A stretch of DNA of 64,000 bases from Alphaproteobacteria bacterium. GTDB taxonomy: Bacteria; Pseudomonadota; Alphaproteobacteria; Rickettsiales; UBA3002. The position numbers and the translations under genes were made by a program. Every line of letters begins with the position of its first letter. Position 1 is the first letter of the stretch. The notes below the pieces were generated by a model that made no database searches, was not told the DNA's origin, and worked only from the letters and a program-made list of their open reading frames with translations. The stretch lies in NCBI GenBank assembly GCA_033763655.1, contig JANRKD010000027.1, positions 4,707-68,706 on the forward strand. The letters run 5' to 3'. Below, in pieces: positions 1 through 8,622 of the stretch.

Positions 1-231
1 TGTGTCTTGGCGCGGCTGCACCGCATAGTGCGGTGCAGTCAAATTGCTGGTTGTGGCTAAATGCGCTGCATTGGTGCGCGACATGCGTAGGCGCTGGTTT
101 TCTTCCAGCATTTGATTGAAATCCGGCGCCTGCACATCTTTCGCTTTAAAGCCGGGGGTATCGACGTTGGCGATATTCTGTGCAAGCACCGACACGCGCT
201 GGGAACTGTAGCGCATTTTTTGGTCAATCAT
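1..231 (-). CDS. flgB: Flagellar basal-body rod protein FlgB, N-terminal part (gene runs off the left edge)
   Basis: Reverse-strand translation from ATG at 231..229 reads MIDQKMRYSSQRVSVLAQNIANVDTPGFKAKDVQAPDF... This carries the rod-protein N-terminal signature NIAN-x-DTPG[FY]K. There is no stop before position 1. It is absent from the ORF track because it is open at the edge. Confidence 0.7.
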   Translation of the reverse strand, partial: MIDQKMRYSSQRVSVLAQNIANVDTPGFKAKDVQAPDFNQMLEENQRLRMSRTNAAHLATTSNLTAPHYAVQPRQDT

Positions 232-285
232 TTCTGTTAGGACAGACTCAAGAAACCCCATGCCATCACTCCTTCGATACAGGCA

Positions 286-756
286 TCACCTTGCTCTTTT
301 TTTAGAAACAGCGGCGGATTGCTCTTGAAACAACTTGCAGTATTCCGCGACATGCTCCTGTAGCTGCGCGGTGAGTTTGCGACTTGCATCAACGCAATTC
401 TCAATGGATTGCTGGGTGATTTTTTGATGCAGATCAAAGGCAGCATTCACCGTGCGGCATTGCGCGGTTTCCTGAGGAATCGTGATGATCTGAGAGAAAG
501 AACGACTGCCACTATCATTCAGGTCTGAGGAAATGGCACACAAGGTGCGTACCGTTCCGCCGTAATAATCGGTGGCGGCTTGTACTGCCTCGCTATGCAA
601 TTCGATAGTGGTTGCCAGCAATTGATTGCAGAGGTCGATGGGATTCTGAAAAGTGCTTAAATCAAATAATTTTTCTGATTGGCGCTTGCCTTTATTGGCT
701 CCGCCAGCAGGCGAGAAAGAGTTTTCTGTCGCTGTGTTTTTTACGGCCTGATTCAT
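286..756 (-). CDS. Hypothetical helical Gln/Ala-rich protein (phasin-like guess only)
   Basis: 156-aa ORF with AAGGAG a few nt upstream of the ATG at 756. It lies on the same strand as flgB, immediately upstream of it. No motif recognised. Confidence 0.5.
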   Translation of the reverse strand: MNQAVKNTATENSFSPAGGANKGKRQSEKLFDLSTFQNPIDLCNQLLATTIELHSEAVQAATDYYGGTVRTLCAISSDLNDSGSRSFSQIITIPQETAQCRTVNAAFDLHQKITQQSIENCVDASRKLTAQLQEHVAEYCKLFQEQSAAVSKKRAR

Positions 757-791
757 GGTGCGATTCTCCTTTTAAAGATTCATGGGAAATG

Positions 792-820
792 GCCGCTGGT
801 GCTCAGTGAACACCAGCGGC
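792..820 (-). terminator. Stem-loop GCCGCTGGTG-N9-CACCAGCGGC between two minus-strand genes
   Basis: Perfect 10-bp inverted repeat located 8 nt downstream of the stop of the 828..1133 gene. It is flanked by A/T runs. There is no clean U-tract on the transcribed strand. Confidence 0.4.
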
Positions 821-827
821 AAAATGC

Positions 828-1133
828 CTAACGCTTCGTAGGATGGGAGTGTGCCGGCTCTTTTGCAGGTTGATACCCGGCCACATTGCTCACTTTGCCT
901 GCAAAATACTCGGCATTGCGCTGCCCCATACGATGATGCGGGCTGCTCGGCTCAGATGGCGCAGCAGAAGCCGCCCAAGTAACCGAGGCATGCTGGATAC
1001 CATTTTGTTTGAAATAAGCCGCATTGCGCTCTGCAAGGCGCTGTTGGCCCAAGGAATTACCGGCAAATGCTTGCGAGCCGAATAATAGGGATGCTACACT
1101 AACTATAGCCATTAGCTTAAAAGTGGATTTCAT
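828..1133 (-). CDS. Small secreted protein with an internal GQ-x-RNA-x-YF duplication
   Basis: Start chosen at MKSTFKLMAIVSVASLLFGSQAFA (signal peptide), with AAGGAG upstream. The longer ORF to 1232 has no support. The motif RNAAYF / RNAEYF occurs twice. Confidence 0.55.
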   Translation of the reverse strand: MKSTFKLMAIVSVASLLFGSQAFAGNSLGQQRLAERNAAYFKQNGIQHASVTWAASAAPSEPSSPHHRMGQRNAEYFAGKVSNVAGYQPAKEPAHSHPTKR

Positions 1134-1186
1134 ATGATTTCTCCTTTGGTTGGTGGTTACATTCCCAGCATTTGCTAGGTTTTGGG

Positions 1187-1233
1187 GTTGCGGCGGGAAG
1201 CTAGTCGCCAAACTTGTTACTTCCCGCCGCAAC
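1187..1233. repeat. 14-bp perfect inverted repeat GTTGCGGCGGGAAG-N19-CTTCCCGCCGCAAC
   Basis: Read directly from the sequence. It lies upstream of the 828..1133 gene and next to the hairpin at 1237..1261. Confidence 0.8.
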
Positions 1234-1236
1234 TAT

Positions 1237-1261
1237 GCCTAAAAGCACGAGGCTTTTAGGC
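1237..1261 (-). terminator. Hairpin GCCTAAAAGC-acgag-GCTTTTAGGC downstream of the His-rich gene
   Basis: Perfect 10-bp stem located 8 nt after the stop at 1269. No strong U-tract. Confidence 0.4.
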
Positions 1262-1268
1262 ATATTGC

Positions 1269-1514
1269 TTACCGACTTGGGGCTTGCTCCTTGGGCTTTT
1301 CTTCCTTTCCCTTGGTGTCGTCGTGGTGATCGTCGCCCTCTTTATGGCCTTTATGCTTACCGTCGTCCTTGTGGGCATGATCGCCTTCTTGATGCTCATG
1401 CTTTTCTGCTTTTTCGGCCTCCGCAGCTTTAGGCGTTTCCGCAAATGCCGCCGTGCCGGAAGCCAGCACCAGCGCGAGGGCGGATGCGGTCAACATGGTT
1501 TTAAGATTTTTCAT
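1269..1514 (-). CDS. Secreted His/Asp/Lys/Glu-rich small protein, putative periplasmic metal-binding accessory
   Basis: 81 aa with signal peptide MKNLKTMLTASALALVLASGTAAFA, followed by HEHQEGDHAHKDDGKHKGHKEGDDHHDD. AAGGAG RBS. It lies directly downstream of the RND pump gene. Confidence 0.6.
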   Translation of the reverse strand: MKNLKTMLTASALALVLASGTAAFAETPKAAEAEKAEKHEHQEGDHAHKDDGKHKGHKEGDDHHDDTKGKEEKPKEQAPSR

Positions 1515-1543
1515 TCTTTTCTCCTTTATGGGTTGGGTTAAAA

Positions 1544-4500
1544 TTACAGTTCTTCCTTGGCCAATACATCGCGGGCAAGGTTGAACCGTTTGTAAATGGC
1601 GGGCAGCACCAGCAGCGTCAGAACAGTTGCCGTGATGAGTCCGCCGATAACGACCGTTGCCAGAGGCTTTTGAACCTCTGCGCCTGCACCGCTGGCAATC
1701 GCCATCGGTACGAAGCCAAGGCTTGCCACCAGTGCAGTCATTAACACGGGACGGAAGCGCGATAGCGCCCCATCCACAATCGCGCGGTGTGATTCAAGCC
1801 CCTCACGCACCAGCTGGTTAATGCGCGTAATCATCACGAGGCCGTTCAGCACTGCCACACCGGAAAGTGCGATCAGACCGACTGCCGCCGAGATTGAGAA
1901 CGGCATACCGCGAAGCCATAGCGTGATGATGCCACCGGTTAGCGCCAGCGGCACGCCGGAGAATACCAGCAACGCCTGTTTGACCGAGCCGAGTGCCGTA
2001 AACAGGAGCAGGAAAATCATGAAGAAGCAGGCTGGTACGACCACGGCCAAACGTGCTTTTGCTTCTTGAAGATTTTTAAACTGTCCGCCCCATTCCAGCC
2101 AATATCCGGCAGGTAACTTCACCTGCTTATCAATCGCGGCTTGGGCATCCTTCACGAACGAGCCAATATCCCGGCCCCGCACGTTGGATTGCACCACGAC
2201 CCGGCGCTTGCCGTTTTCACGGCTAATCTGGTTCGGGCCATCGGTGATTTCCAGTTTCGCCACCTGTTTCAGAGGGATGTAAACAGGGCGGCTATCGGGC
2301 AGCCCACCTTGGGCAGTGGTGTCGTTATCGGCGGGCAATAGAATGGGCAAACTCTGCAATACATTCAGATTTTGACGCATCTTATCTGGCAGGCGCACCA
2401 CGATGTCGAATCGCCTGTCACCTTGGAACACCAAACCCGCTTCACGACCACCAACAGCGATAGACAGAACGTCCAGCACGTCAGCCACATTCAGGCCATA
2501 CCGGGCAATCGCATCCTTATCGAGCTTCACCTCAAGCATCGGCAGGCCGGAGGTTTGCTCCATCTTCACGTCTGCCGCGCCATCAATGCCCTGCAAGACC
2601 TGCACCAGTTCTGCAGCTGTCTTTTCCATGGCCGGGAAATCATCGCCATAGATTTTCACGGCAACATCAGAACGCACCCCGGAGATAAGCTCGTTGAAGC
2701 GCATTTGGATAGGTTGGGTGAACTCGTAATTATTCCCAGGAACATCCGATACGGCTTTCGTGATTTTCTCGATGATCTCCGACTTGCTGATGCTGGGATC
2801 AGGCCATTCTTCTTTATCTTTAAGAATAATAAAGGTGTCGGATACATTCGGCGGCATCGGGTCGGCAGCCATTTCCGCCGTCCCCGTTTTCGCATAAGCA
2901 AACGCCACTTCTGGCACCGTGCTTACCGCCTTTTCCACCGCAAACTGCATATCCTGTGACTGCGTAATGCCCGTGCTTGGGATACGCATGGCGTGCATGG
3001 CGATGTCTTTTTCATCAAGGGTTGGGATGAATTCCTGGCCCATGGTTGAGAAAAGCACTAACGAGAAAGCAAAGCCCGCTGTTGCAACAGCAATGACTTT
3101 CATGGGTGCGTTTAGCGCATAGTTAAGCGCAGGCGCGTACCAGCCTTTCGTTTTATGGATAACGCGGCTTTCCTTTTCTTCCACCTTGCCGGTCACAAAA
3201 ATGGCAAGCATGGCCGGAACAAACGTCAGTGAAAGCACAAACGCAGCGGCAAGTGCGAAGATAACCGTCAAGGCCATCGGCTCGAACATTTTACCTTCCA
3301 CGCCGGTAAAGGTCAGAAGCGGCACATACACCATGATGATGATCGCCTGACCGAACACGGAGGGCTGGATCATTTCTCGGCTGGCTACCATGACCTCATG
3401 CAAGCGCTCTTTCACCGTCAGCATTCGGCCTTCTTTGTGCTGGCGATGCGCGAGCCTGCTCAAGCAGTTCTCGGTGATAATCACCGCGCCATCGACAATG
3501 AGGCCGAAATCGAGAGCACCAAGGCTCATCAGGTTGCCGCTGATGCCTACGCGGATCATCCCCATACTGGTCATCAGCATGGAAAGCGGAATCACCAACG
3601 CCGTGATAAGCGCTGCGCGGAAGTTACCAAGCAACGCAAAGAGAATCACGATGACGAGCAACGCACCTTCGGCAAGGTTCTTTTGCACCGTGCTGATGGT
3701 ACGATCAACCAGCTTGGTACGGTTAAGAACCGTTTTTGCCTTGATGCCTTCCGGCAGGGACTTGTTGATCTCGGTTATTTTTTGGTCAACGGCTTCGGAT
3801 ACGGTGCGGCTGTTCTCTCCAATCAGCATCAGCGCCGTACCAACGACCACTTCTTCACCATTTTCGGAAGCCGAACCGGTGCGCAGTTCTTTGCCAATGC
3901 CCACAGAGGCAATATCCCGAAGGTAGATGACAAAGCCGCCCCGATTTGCAATCACGATTTTGCCGATCTGGTCGGCATTTTCGATACGGCCATCCGAGCG
4001 CACCACATAGGCTTCACCGCGTCTTTCAATATAGCCCGCGCCAATACTGATATTGTTGCGTTCCAACGCGTTCACCACATCGGCAAAGCTAAGGCCTAAG
4101 GCGACCAGCTTTTGCGGATCAGGCTGCACATGGTATTGCTTCACATAGCCGCCGATAGCATCCACACCGGCAACCCCTTTGACACCTTTCAGCTGCGGGC
4201 GGATGATCCAGTCCTGCACGGTGCGCAGATAAGAAGCCTGCTCCAACTCATTGTTCAGGCGTTGCCCTTCGGGAGTGAGGTAACTGCCATCCGATTGCCA
4301 ACCCGCGTGACCATCCTTGATTTCAGCCCCTTTGCCGCGTGGATTGGCATATTCCACCGTCCACATATAAATCTCGCCAAGGCCGGTAGAAATCGCCCCC
4401 ATGCGCGGCTCTACGCCATCGGGCAGGCTTTCCCGTGCCTCGGCAATGCGTTCATTGACCTGAGCGCGTGCGAAATAAATATCGACGTTATCATTAAATA

Positions 4501-4786
4501 CGGCGGTGACTTGGCTAAACCCATTGCGCGAAATAGAGCGCGTATATTCCAGCCCCGGAATGCCAGCGAGGGCGGTTTCAACCGGGAAGGTAACTTGCTT
4601 CTCCACCTCCATCGGAGAAAAAGCGGGAGCCACGGAATTGATCTGCACCTGATTGTTCGTAATATCCGGTACGGCATCAATCGGCAGGTTTTTAAGCGAG
4701 TAGATCCCAAACGCCGCGACCGCTGCTGTTAGCAGCGCTATTAAGAAGCGGTGGTGGAGGGAGAATTGTAAAATACGTTCGATCAT
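1544..4786 (-). CDS. czcA: Heavy-metal efflux RND pump, CzcA/CusA family
   Basis: 1080 aa from the ATG at 4786. The ORF extension to 4897 would overlap the upstream gene. The N-terminus MIERILQFSLHHRFL...LPIDAVPDITNNQVQI and the large 12-TM RND architecture are typical of HME-RND pumps. Confidence 0.9.
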   Translation of the reverse strand: MIERILQFSLHHRFLIALLTAAVAAFGIYSLKNLPIDAVPDITNNQVQINSVAPAFSPMEVEKQVTFPVETALAGIPGLEYTRSISRNGFSQVTAVFNDNVDIYFARAQVNERIAEARESLPDGVEPRMGAISTGLGEIYMWTVEYANPRGKGAEIKDGHAGWQSDGSYLTPEGQRLNNELEQASYLRTVQDWIIRPQLKGVKGVAGVDAIGGYVKQYHVQPDPQKLVALGLSFADVVNALERNNISIGAGYIERRGEAYVVRSDGRIENADQIGKIVIANRGGFVIYLRDIASVGIGKELRTGSASENGEEVVVGTALMLIGENSRTVSEAVDQKITEINKSLPEGIKAKTVLNRTKLVDRTISTVQKNLAEGALLVIVILFALLGNFRAALITALVIPLSMLMTSMGMIRVGISGNLMSLGALDFGLIVDGAVIITENCLSRLAHRQHKEGRMLTVKERLHEVMVASREMIQPSVFGQAIIIMVYVPLLTFTGVEGKMFEPMALTVIFALAAAFVLSLTFVPAMLAIFVTGKVEEKESRVIHKTKGWYAPALNYALNAPMKVIAVATAGFAFSLVLFSTMGQEFIPTLDEKDIAMHAMRIPSTGITQSQDMQFAVEKAVSTVPEVAFAYAKTGTAEMAADPMPPNVSDTFIILKDKEEWPDPSISKSEIIEKITKAVSDVPGNNYEFTQPIQMRFNELISGVRSDVAVKIYGDDFPAMEKTAAELVQVLQGIDGAADVKMEQTSGLPMLEVKLDKDAIARYGLNVADVLDVLSIAVGGREAGLVFQGDRRFDIVVRLPDKMRQNLNVLQSLPILLPADNDTTAQGGLPDSRPVYIPLKQVAKLEITDGPNQISRENGKRRVVVQSNVRGRDIGSFVKDAQAAIDKQVKLPAGYWLEWGGQFKNLQEAKARLAVVVPACFFMIFLLLFTALGSVKQALLVFSGVPLALTGGIITLWLRGMPFSISAAVGLIALSGVAVLNGLVMITRINQLVREGLESHRAIVDGALSRFRPVLMTALVASLGFVPMAIASGAGAEVQKPLATVVIGGLITATVLTLLVLPAIYKRFNLARDVLAKEEL

Positions 4787-4799
4787 AAAATGACTCACA

Positions 4800-5411
4800 T
4801 TAGGGTAAGATGATCCATGCAGGTAACATTGCGGAAATACGCAACGCGCATAGCGTTTCAATGAGAAGAAGGGCCAGAATGAAGCCGGAGGCATCACGCA
4901 TCGTCAGCAACACCATGCGCGGCTGGACAACCAGCTCGTGCGTTTGGTGCCAGAGCGACAGGTTCGGCACCCAGCGAGGCACCGTGCGCAGGTAATTGCG
5001 GTACGCATCCCCATAATGCCCCTGTAGGAATGCTTCTTCTTTTTGTATGGTCCAGTGATGCAGCACGAGGAATATGGTCGTGGCAACCGCCGCGACAATC
5101 ACACTGCCGGTTTGCAGACCGAGGCCAATGACAGCGAATAATGAGCCGACATAAAGCGGATTGCGGACAACAGAATATGGCCCATCGGTAAGCAGAACCG
5201 CGTTTTTGCGACCGCCCGAATATAGCGACGTGTAAACGCGGATTAATACGCCACTGAAAACCAGAAGATGGGCCAATAGTTCCATCAACTCATGCCAGAA
5301 CGTAAACTCCTGCGTTACCGGGGCAATAAAAAGAAGCATCGGCAGACTTAAGAGCATCAGAAAGCGCACAATTCTCATGCGCTCTTTGAATAGTGGCGAT
5401 CTATTTATCAT
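4800..5411 (-). CDS. Isoprenylcysteine carboxyl methyltransferase-family membrane protein (CzcN-like position)
   Basis: Contains the GPYSVVRNPLYVG motif of the ICMT/PEMT family and is multi-TM. Start taken at MINRSPLF, with GGAG upstream, just after the adaptor stop at 5425. Confidence 0.7.
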   Translation of the reverse strand: MINRSPLFKERMRIVRFLMLLSLPMLLFIAPVTQEFTFWHELMELLAHLLVFSGVLIRVYTSLYSGGRKNAVLLTDGPYSVVRNPLYVGSLFAVIGLGLQTGSVIVAAVATTIFLVLHHWTIQKEEAFLQGHYGDAYRNYLRTVPRWVPNLSLWHQTHELVVQPRMVLLTMRDASGFILALLLIETLCALRISAMLPAWIILP

Positions 5412-5424
5412 GAAAGACTCCGGT

Positions 5425-6513
5425 TTAGTGCGCATGTTCGGCACCTGCTTTGCCAATTTCGGCCTTCACCACGAAGCTATTGTTCGCAACGTAACGCTGA
5501 CCGGCGACAAGACCGCTTTTGATCTCTGTCCATGTTTCATCGCTCGTACCAAGCTCGACGGGTTGTGCCTTATAGGTGCCGCCGCTTTCCTGTATGAAAA
5601 TGACGTCATTGCCTTCTAAGCGCTGAATAGCGTCGGTCTTCACTGCTACCGGGACTTCTTTTTCCTTAATCACCACATCGGCCCGGATATTCATGCCGGA
5701 GCGCCAGTGATTTTCGGGATTATCAATCACCGCACGCGCAACAAATGTCTGGCTGGAAGCCTCGGTGGTGGGCAGCACCACAGAAATGGTGGCCTGAGCA
5801 GTCAGGTCATCATCAAGGCACTGAATATGAATCTTCTGGCCCGATTTTATTTTTTCACCGTCCCTAGAAAAAACAAACAGCTCGGCCCACAATTTGCTTA
5901 CATCCGCCACAACAAACAGCGGTGTTTCGCCAGCCACTTCACCCACGCTTGCATTGCGACTAATGACCAGCCCGGCCACCGGCGACTTCACCGGATAGAC
6001 CTGCAGGCTGTCGTTACTCTCTACGGTTGCCAGCGTATCATTGGCTTTCACCGTTTCGCCCGGCTCTTTCAGAACGCTGCGAATCACGCCGGGAAAACGT
6101 GCCTTAACCTGTGCGGCGGTGTTCTGGTTTAAACTAACACGGCCGGTGACGCTGATTGTTTCCTGCACCAGCGCCGAGCCAACTTCCAACACCTCAATCT
6201 TCATGTTTTGGACTGCATTTTCGCTGATCTTGGTTTCCTCATGCCCACCTTCTTCTTCACCGCCGGTTTCAGAGGTTCCGCCATGGGCATGTGCTTCTTT
6301 TTCACCGTGAGCATGTTCATCAGCATCGCCATGCCCGTGTTCGCCACCTTCGGCATGATCTGGCTTGGCTTCATTCTCATGGCCATGTGCATCCGCATCG
6401 CTTTCGCTGTGCTTGGTGCTTTCGGCGTTACTGGAATTGCTCGTGGCATAGTAACCACCGCCTGCTAAGGCCAGCACCAGAATGACGATGGTTAGGTTGC
6501 GCTTACTCAACAT
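5425..6513 (-). CDS. czcB: Efflux RND periplasmic adaptor (CzcB/CusB family) with a His-rich N-terminal extension
   Basis: Start at MLSKRNLTIVILVLALAG, with CAGGAGA RBS, overlapping the OMF stop. HGHENEAKPDHAEGGEHGHGDADEHAHGEKEAHAHGG is followed by a typical membrane-fusion-protein barrel/lipoyl region. Confidence 0.85.
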   Translation of the reverse strand: MLSKRNLTIVILVLALAGGGYYATSNSSNAESTKHSESDADAHGHENEAKPDHAEGGEHGHGDADEHAHGEKEAHAHGGTSETGGEEEGGHEETKISENAVQNMKIEVLEVGSALVQETISVTGRVSLNQNTAAQVKARFPGVIRSVLKEPGETVKANDTLATVESNDSLQVYPVKSPVAGLVISRNASVGEVAGETPLFVVADVSKLWAELFVFSRDGEKIKSGQKIHIQCLDDDLTAQATISVVLPTTEASSQTFVARAVIDNPENHWRSGMNIRADVVIKEKEVPVAVKTDAIQRLEGNDVIFIQESGGTYKAQPVELGTSDETWTEIKSGLVAGQRYVANNSFVVKAEIGKAGAEHAH

Positions 6514-7861
6514 GGGGTTCTCCTGTTTCCTCGATCTCCGCAAGGGAGCCGTTTGTTGTGATGTCACTTAAATGTGTCGCCGTAAGACGCTCCACTTGCG
6601 CCCGTGCGGTATGGAATACGCGGATTGCGTCGATTTGCTGCTGTTTCACCACGAACAAGCTGCGCTGCGCATCCAGCACTTCAAGGTAGGGGAAACGGCC
6701 AACTGCATATCCTTCGCGGGAAAGGCGGAAGGCTTTATCCGCTGAGGGGAGGATTTCCGTTCTCAGCGTTTCTGCCTGCATGTAGGCGTTTTGCATCTGC
6801 TCTTGTGCGCGTGTCAGTTCCGCACTGGTATTCAATACAAACTGGCGATTATCTAACTCGGTGCGGGCCACTTCGTTTCTTGCCCGTTGGATATTGCCTC
6901 GGTTCGCGTTGAAGACGGGAATAGGAAGGGAAACGCCGATCATGAACGCCTGATCGCCACTATCGCGAAAATCCCGCACCCCGACACTAACGCTGGGGTC
7001 TGGAATGGCATTGGCCTTTTCCAAATCAAGTCGGGCTTGCGATTGCTCCAAACCGCTTTCCAGCTTTACAAGGTCAGGGTTGTTTTTGAGCTTCTTCTCA
7101 TTATCCGCCAATTTTTGTTCGCGGATGGCATAGAAGCCCGTGGTATCCAGTGGCAGGGTGAAGCTTTCTTCCCCCATCAATGCCGCCAATCGCTTGCGCG
7201 TAATATCACGTTCCCGGCTTGCCTTATCCAGTGCAATGGTCGCCGTTGAGCGTTCGACTTCTGCACGGCTCTTTTGCACGAGCGGCGCAGCAGCAGCCCC
7301 TACGCGGATGCTCACGGATTTCAGCACATCTTCGGCCAACGCTTTTTGCTCGGTAGCAAGACGCACATTTTCTTCTGCGGAAACAACGTCAGCAAACGCG
7401 GTGGCTACATCCCGGATAATATCGAGCGCCGCCGATTGCTCGTCAAACGAGGCGATCTCAACGTCCTTACCAGCAATGTCCTTTTGTGCTGAGAGTTTGC
7501 CGCCAATCAAGAATTGCTGGGTAACGCCGTAATTTACTTCGGCTGAATTAAACCCCTTGTAGGGGCCGCTACCCGAAACATTCTCGGCCTGAACACCAAT
7601 TTGAGGGTTGGCCCATGCACCTGCTTGGCTTTGTGCGCCCTTAGCAGCGGCCACACCACTACCGAATGCTTTGAGCCTAGGGGATTGTATCAGGGCTTTT
7701 GCAATCGCTTGCTTCAACGTAAAGCCAGTAGATGCAACGGGTGCTTCTATGGCGACGGGGGGTTGGGGTTCGACTTTCGTTTCTTGTTCTGCAAATGCTG
7801 GCACGCTGGTTAATACCGTGGCGCAGAGCAGCCAAGCAGATAGCTTATATCGTGGGTACAT
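6503..7861 (-). CDS. czcC: Outer-membrane efflux factor, TolC/CzcC family
   Basis: 452 aa with signal peptide MYPRYKLSAWLLCATVLTSVPAFA and two-repeat OMF-like helical/beta architecture. First gene of the C-B-(ICMT)-A operon. Confidence 0.85.
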   Translation of the reverse strand: MYPRYKLSAWLLCATVLTSVPAFAEQETKVEPQPPVAIEAPVASTGFTLKQAIAKALIQSPRLKAFGSGVAAAKGAQSQAGAWANPQIGVQAENVSGSGPYKGFNSAEVNYGVTQQFLIGGKLSAQKDIAGKDVEIASFDEQSAALDIIRDVATAFADVVSAEENVRLATEQKALAEDVLKSVSIRVGAAAAPLVQKSRAEVERSTATIALDKASRERDITRKRLAALMGEESFTLPLDTTGFYAIREQKLADNEKKLKNNPDLVKLESGLEQSQARLDLEKANAIPDPSVSVGVRDFRDSGDQAFMIGVSLPIPVFNANRGNIQRARNEVARTELDNRQFVLNTSAELTRAQEQMQNAYMQAETLRTEILPSADKAFRLSREGYAVGRFPYLEVLDAQRSLFVVKQQQIDAIRVFHTARAQVERLTATHLSDITTNGSLAEIEETGEPHVE

Positions 7862-7965
7862 AGATAATTCTCACACTTAATTCCTTGGTTACAAAACCGA
7901 CAAGGACGCGCGAAATCGGAGCGCCTGAATAGGCACCCGATCAGGCGCGAGCCTGATTTATGAAA

Positions 7966-8286
7966 TTAAGCGTGGGAGGGTGGCTTGAGCGGTGGCCCGA
8001 CCACTACTGATGTGATTGCATCATGCTCAAGAATGAACGATGTGCGATTAGCAACATCGGGGGCGGATTTGTTAACAGTCAAGTCAGGAAGGGCCGAAAC
8101 ATGGGAGCAGCAATGATGCCCCCCTTTAGCCATTTTATCATTGTCCTGCTGCGTAGCATCGGCTTTTTTCTGTACTTGCTCCGATGTCTGACAGGCATCA
8201 CCTTCACATTGCACTTCTGCCGCGTGCGCCATGGGCGCAGTAAGCAGCGAAAGAGCAACAAAGAGTGATACAAGGGCCTTTTTCAT
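7966..8286 (-). CDS. Small secreted Cys/His-containing protein (possible metal-related accessory, CzcI-like position)
   Basis: Start at MKKALVSLFVALSLLTAPMAHA (signal peptide). Contains CEGDAC and GGHHCCSH. Located just upstream of czcC. Family not recognised. Confidence 0.45.
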   Translation of the reverse strand: MKKALVSLFVALSLLTAPMAHAAEVQCEGDACQTSEQVQKKADATQQDNDKMAKGGHHCCSHVSALPDLTVNKSAPDVANRTSFILEHDAITSVVVGPPLKPPSHA

Positions 8287-8513
8287 GCACACCATAATAG
8301 TCAGCAATCTTTATTTTACAACAAAGTTTTTATTCGATGAATTGTGTGACGCGCTGGCGAAGGCCTACCGCCAACTTTACAATTTACGCCGGTCATTTTA
8401 GAATCCTATTCAGTGCGGAAACATTCCATCGAAATTTTTTCATAGTGATTTAGACTATCGACCGCACCTCAAGCACACCGCAAACCGCATTAGACAAAAT
8501 CAACCTATGCGTG

Positions 8514-8557
8514 TACATGCCATTTGGCATGTATATTTATGGTTGCATTTTTGCAAC
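8514..8557. promoter_or_regulatory. Two palindromes, TACATGCCA-tt-TGGCATGTA and GTTGCA-tttt-TGCAAC, in an AT-rich intergenic region
   Basis: Read directly. They lie about 65-110 nt upstream of the 8623 ORF start. Candidate operator sites, with no known regulator assigned. Confidence 0.35.
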
Positions 8558-8622
8558 GCGGCGTTTATAAGCATTGCTCCAGTAAAAAGTGGTTCAAGAA
8601 TTAATAGGGGCGAGCTTGTGAC

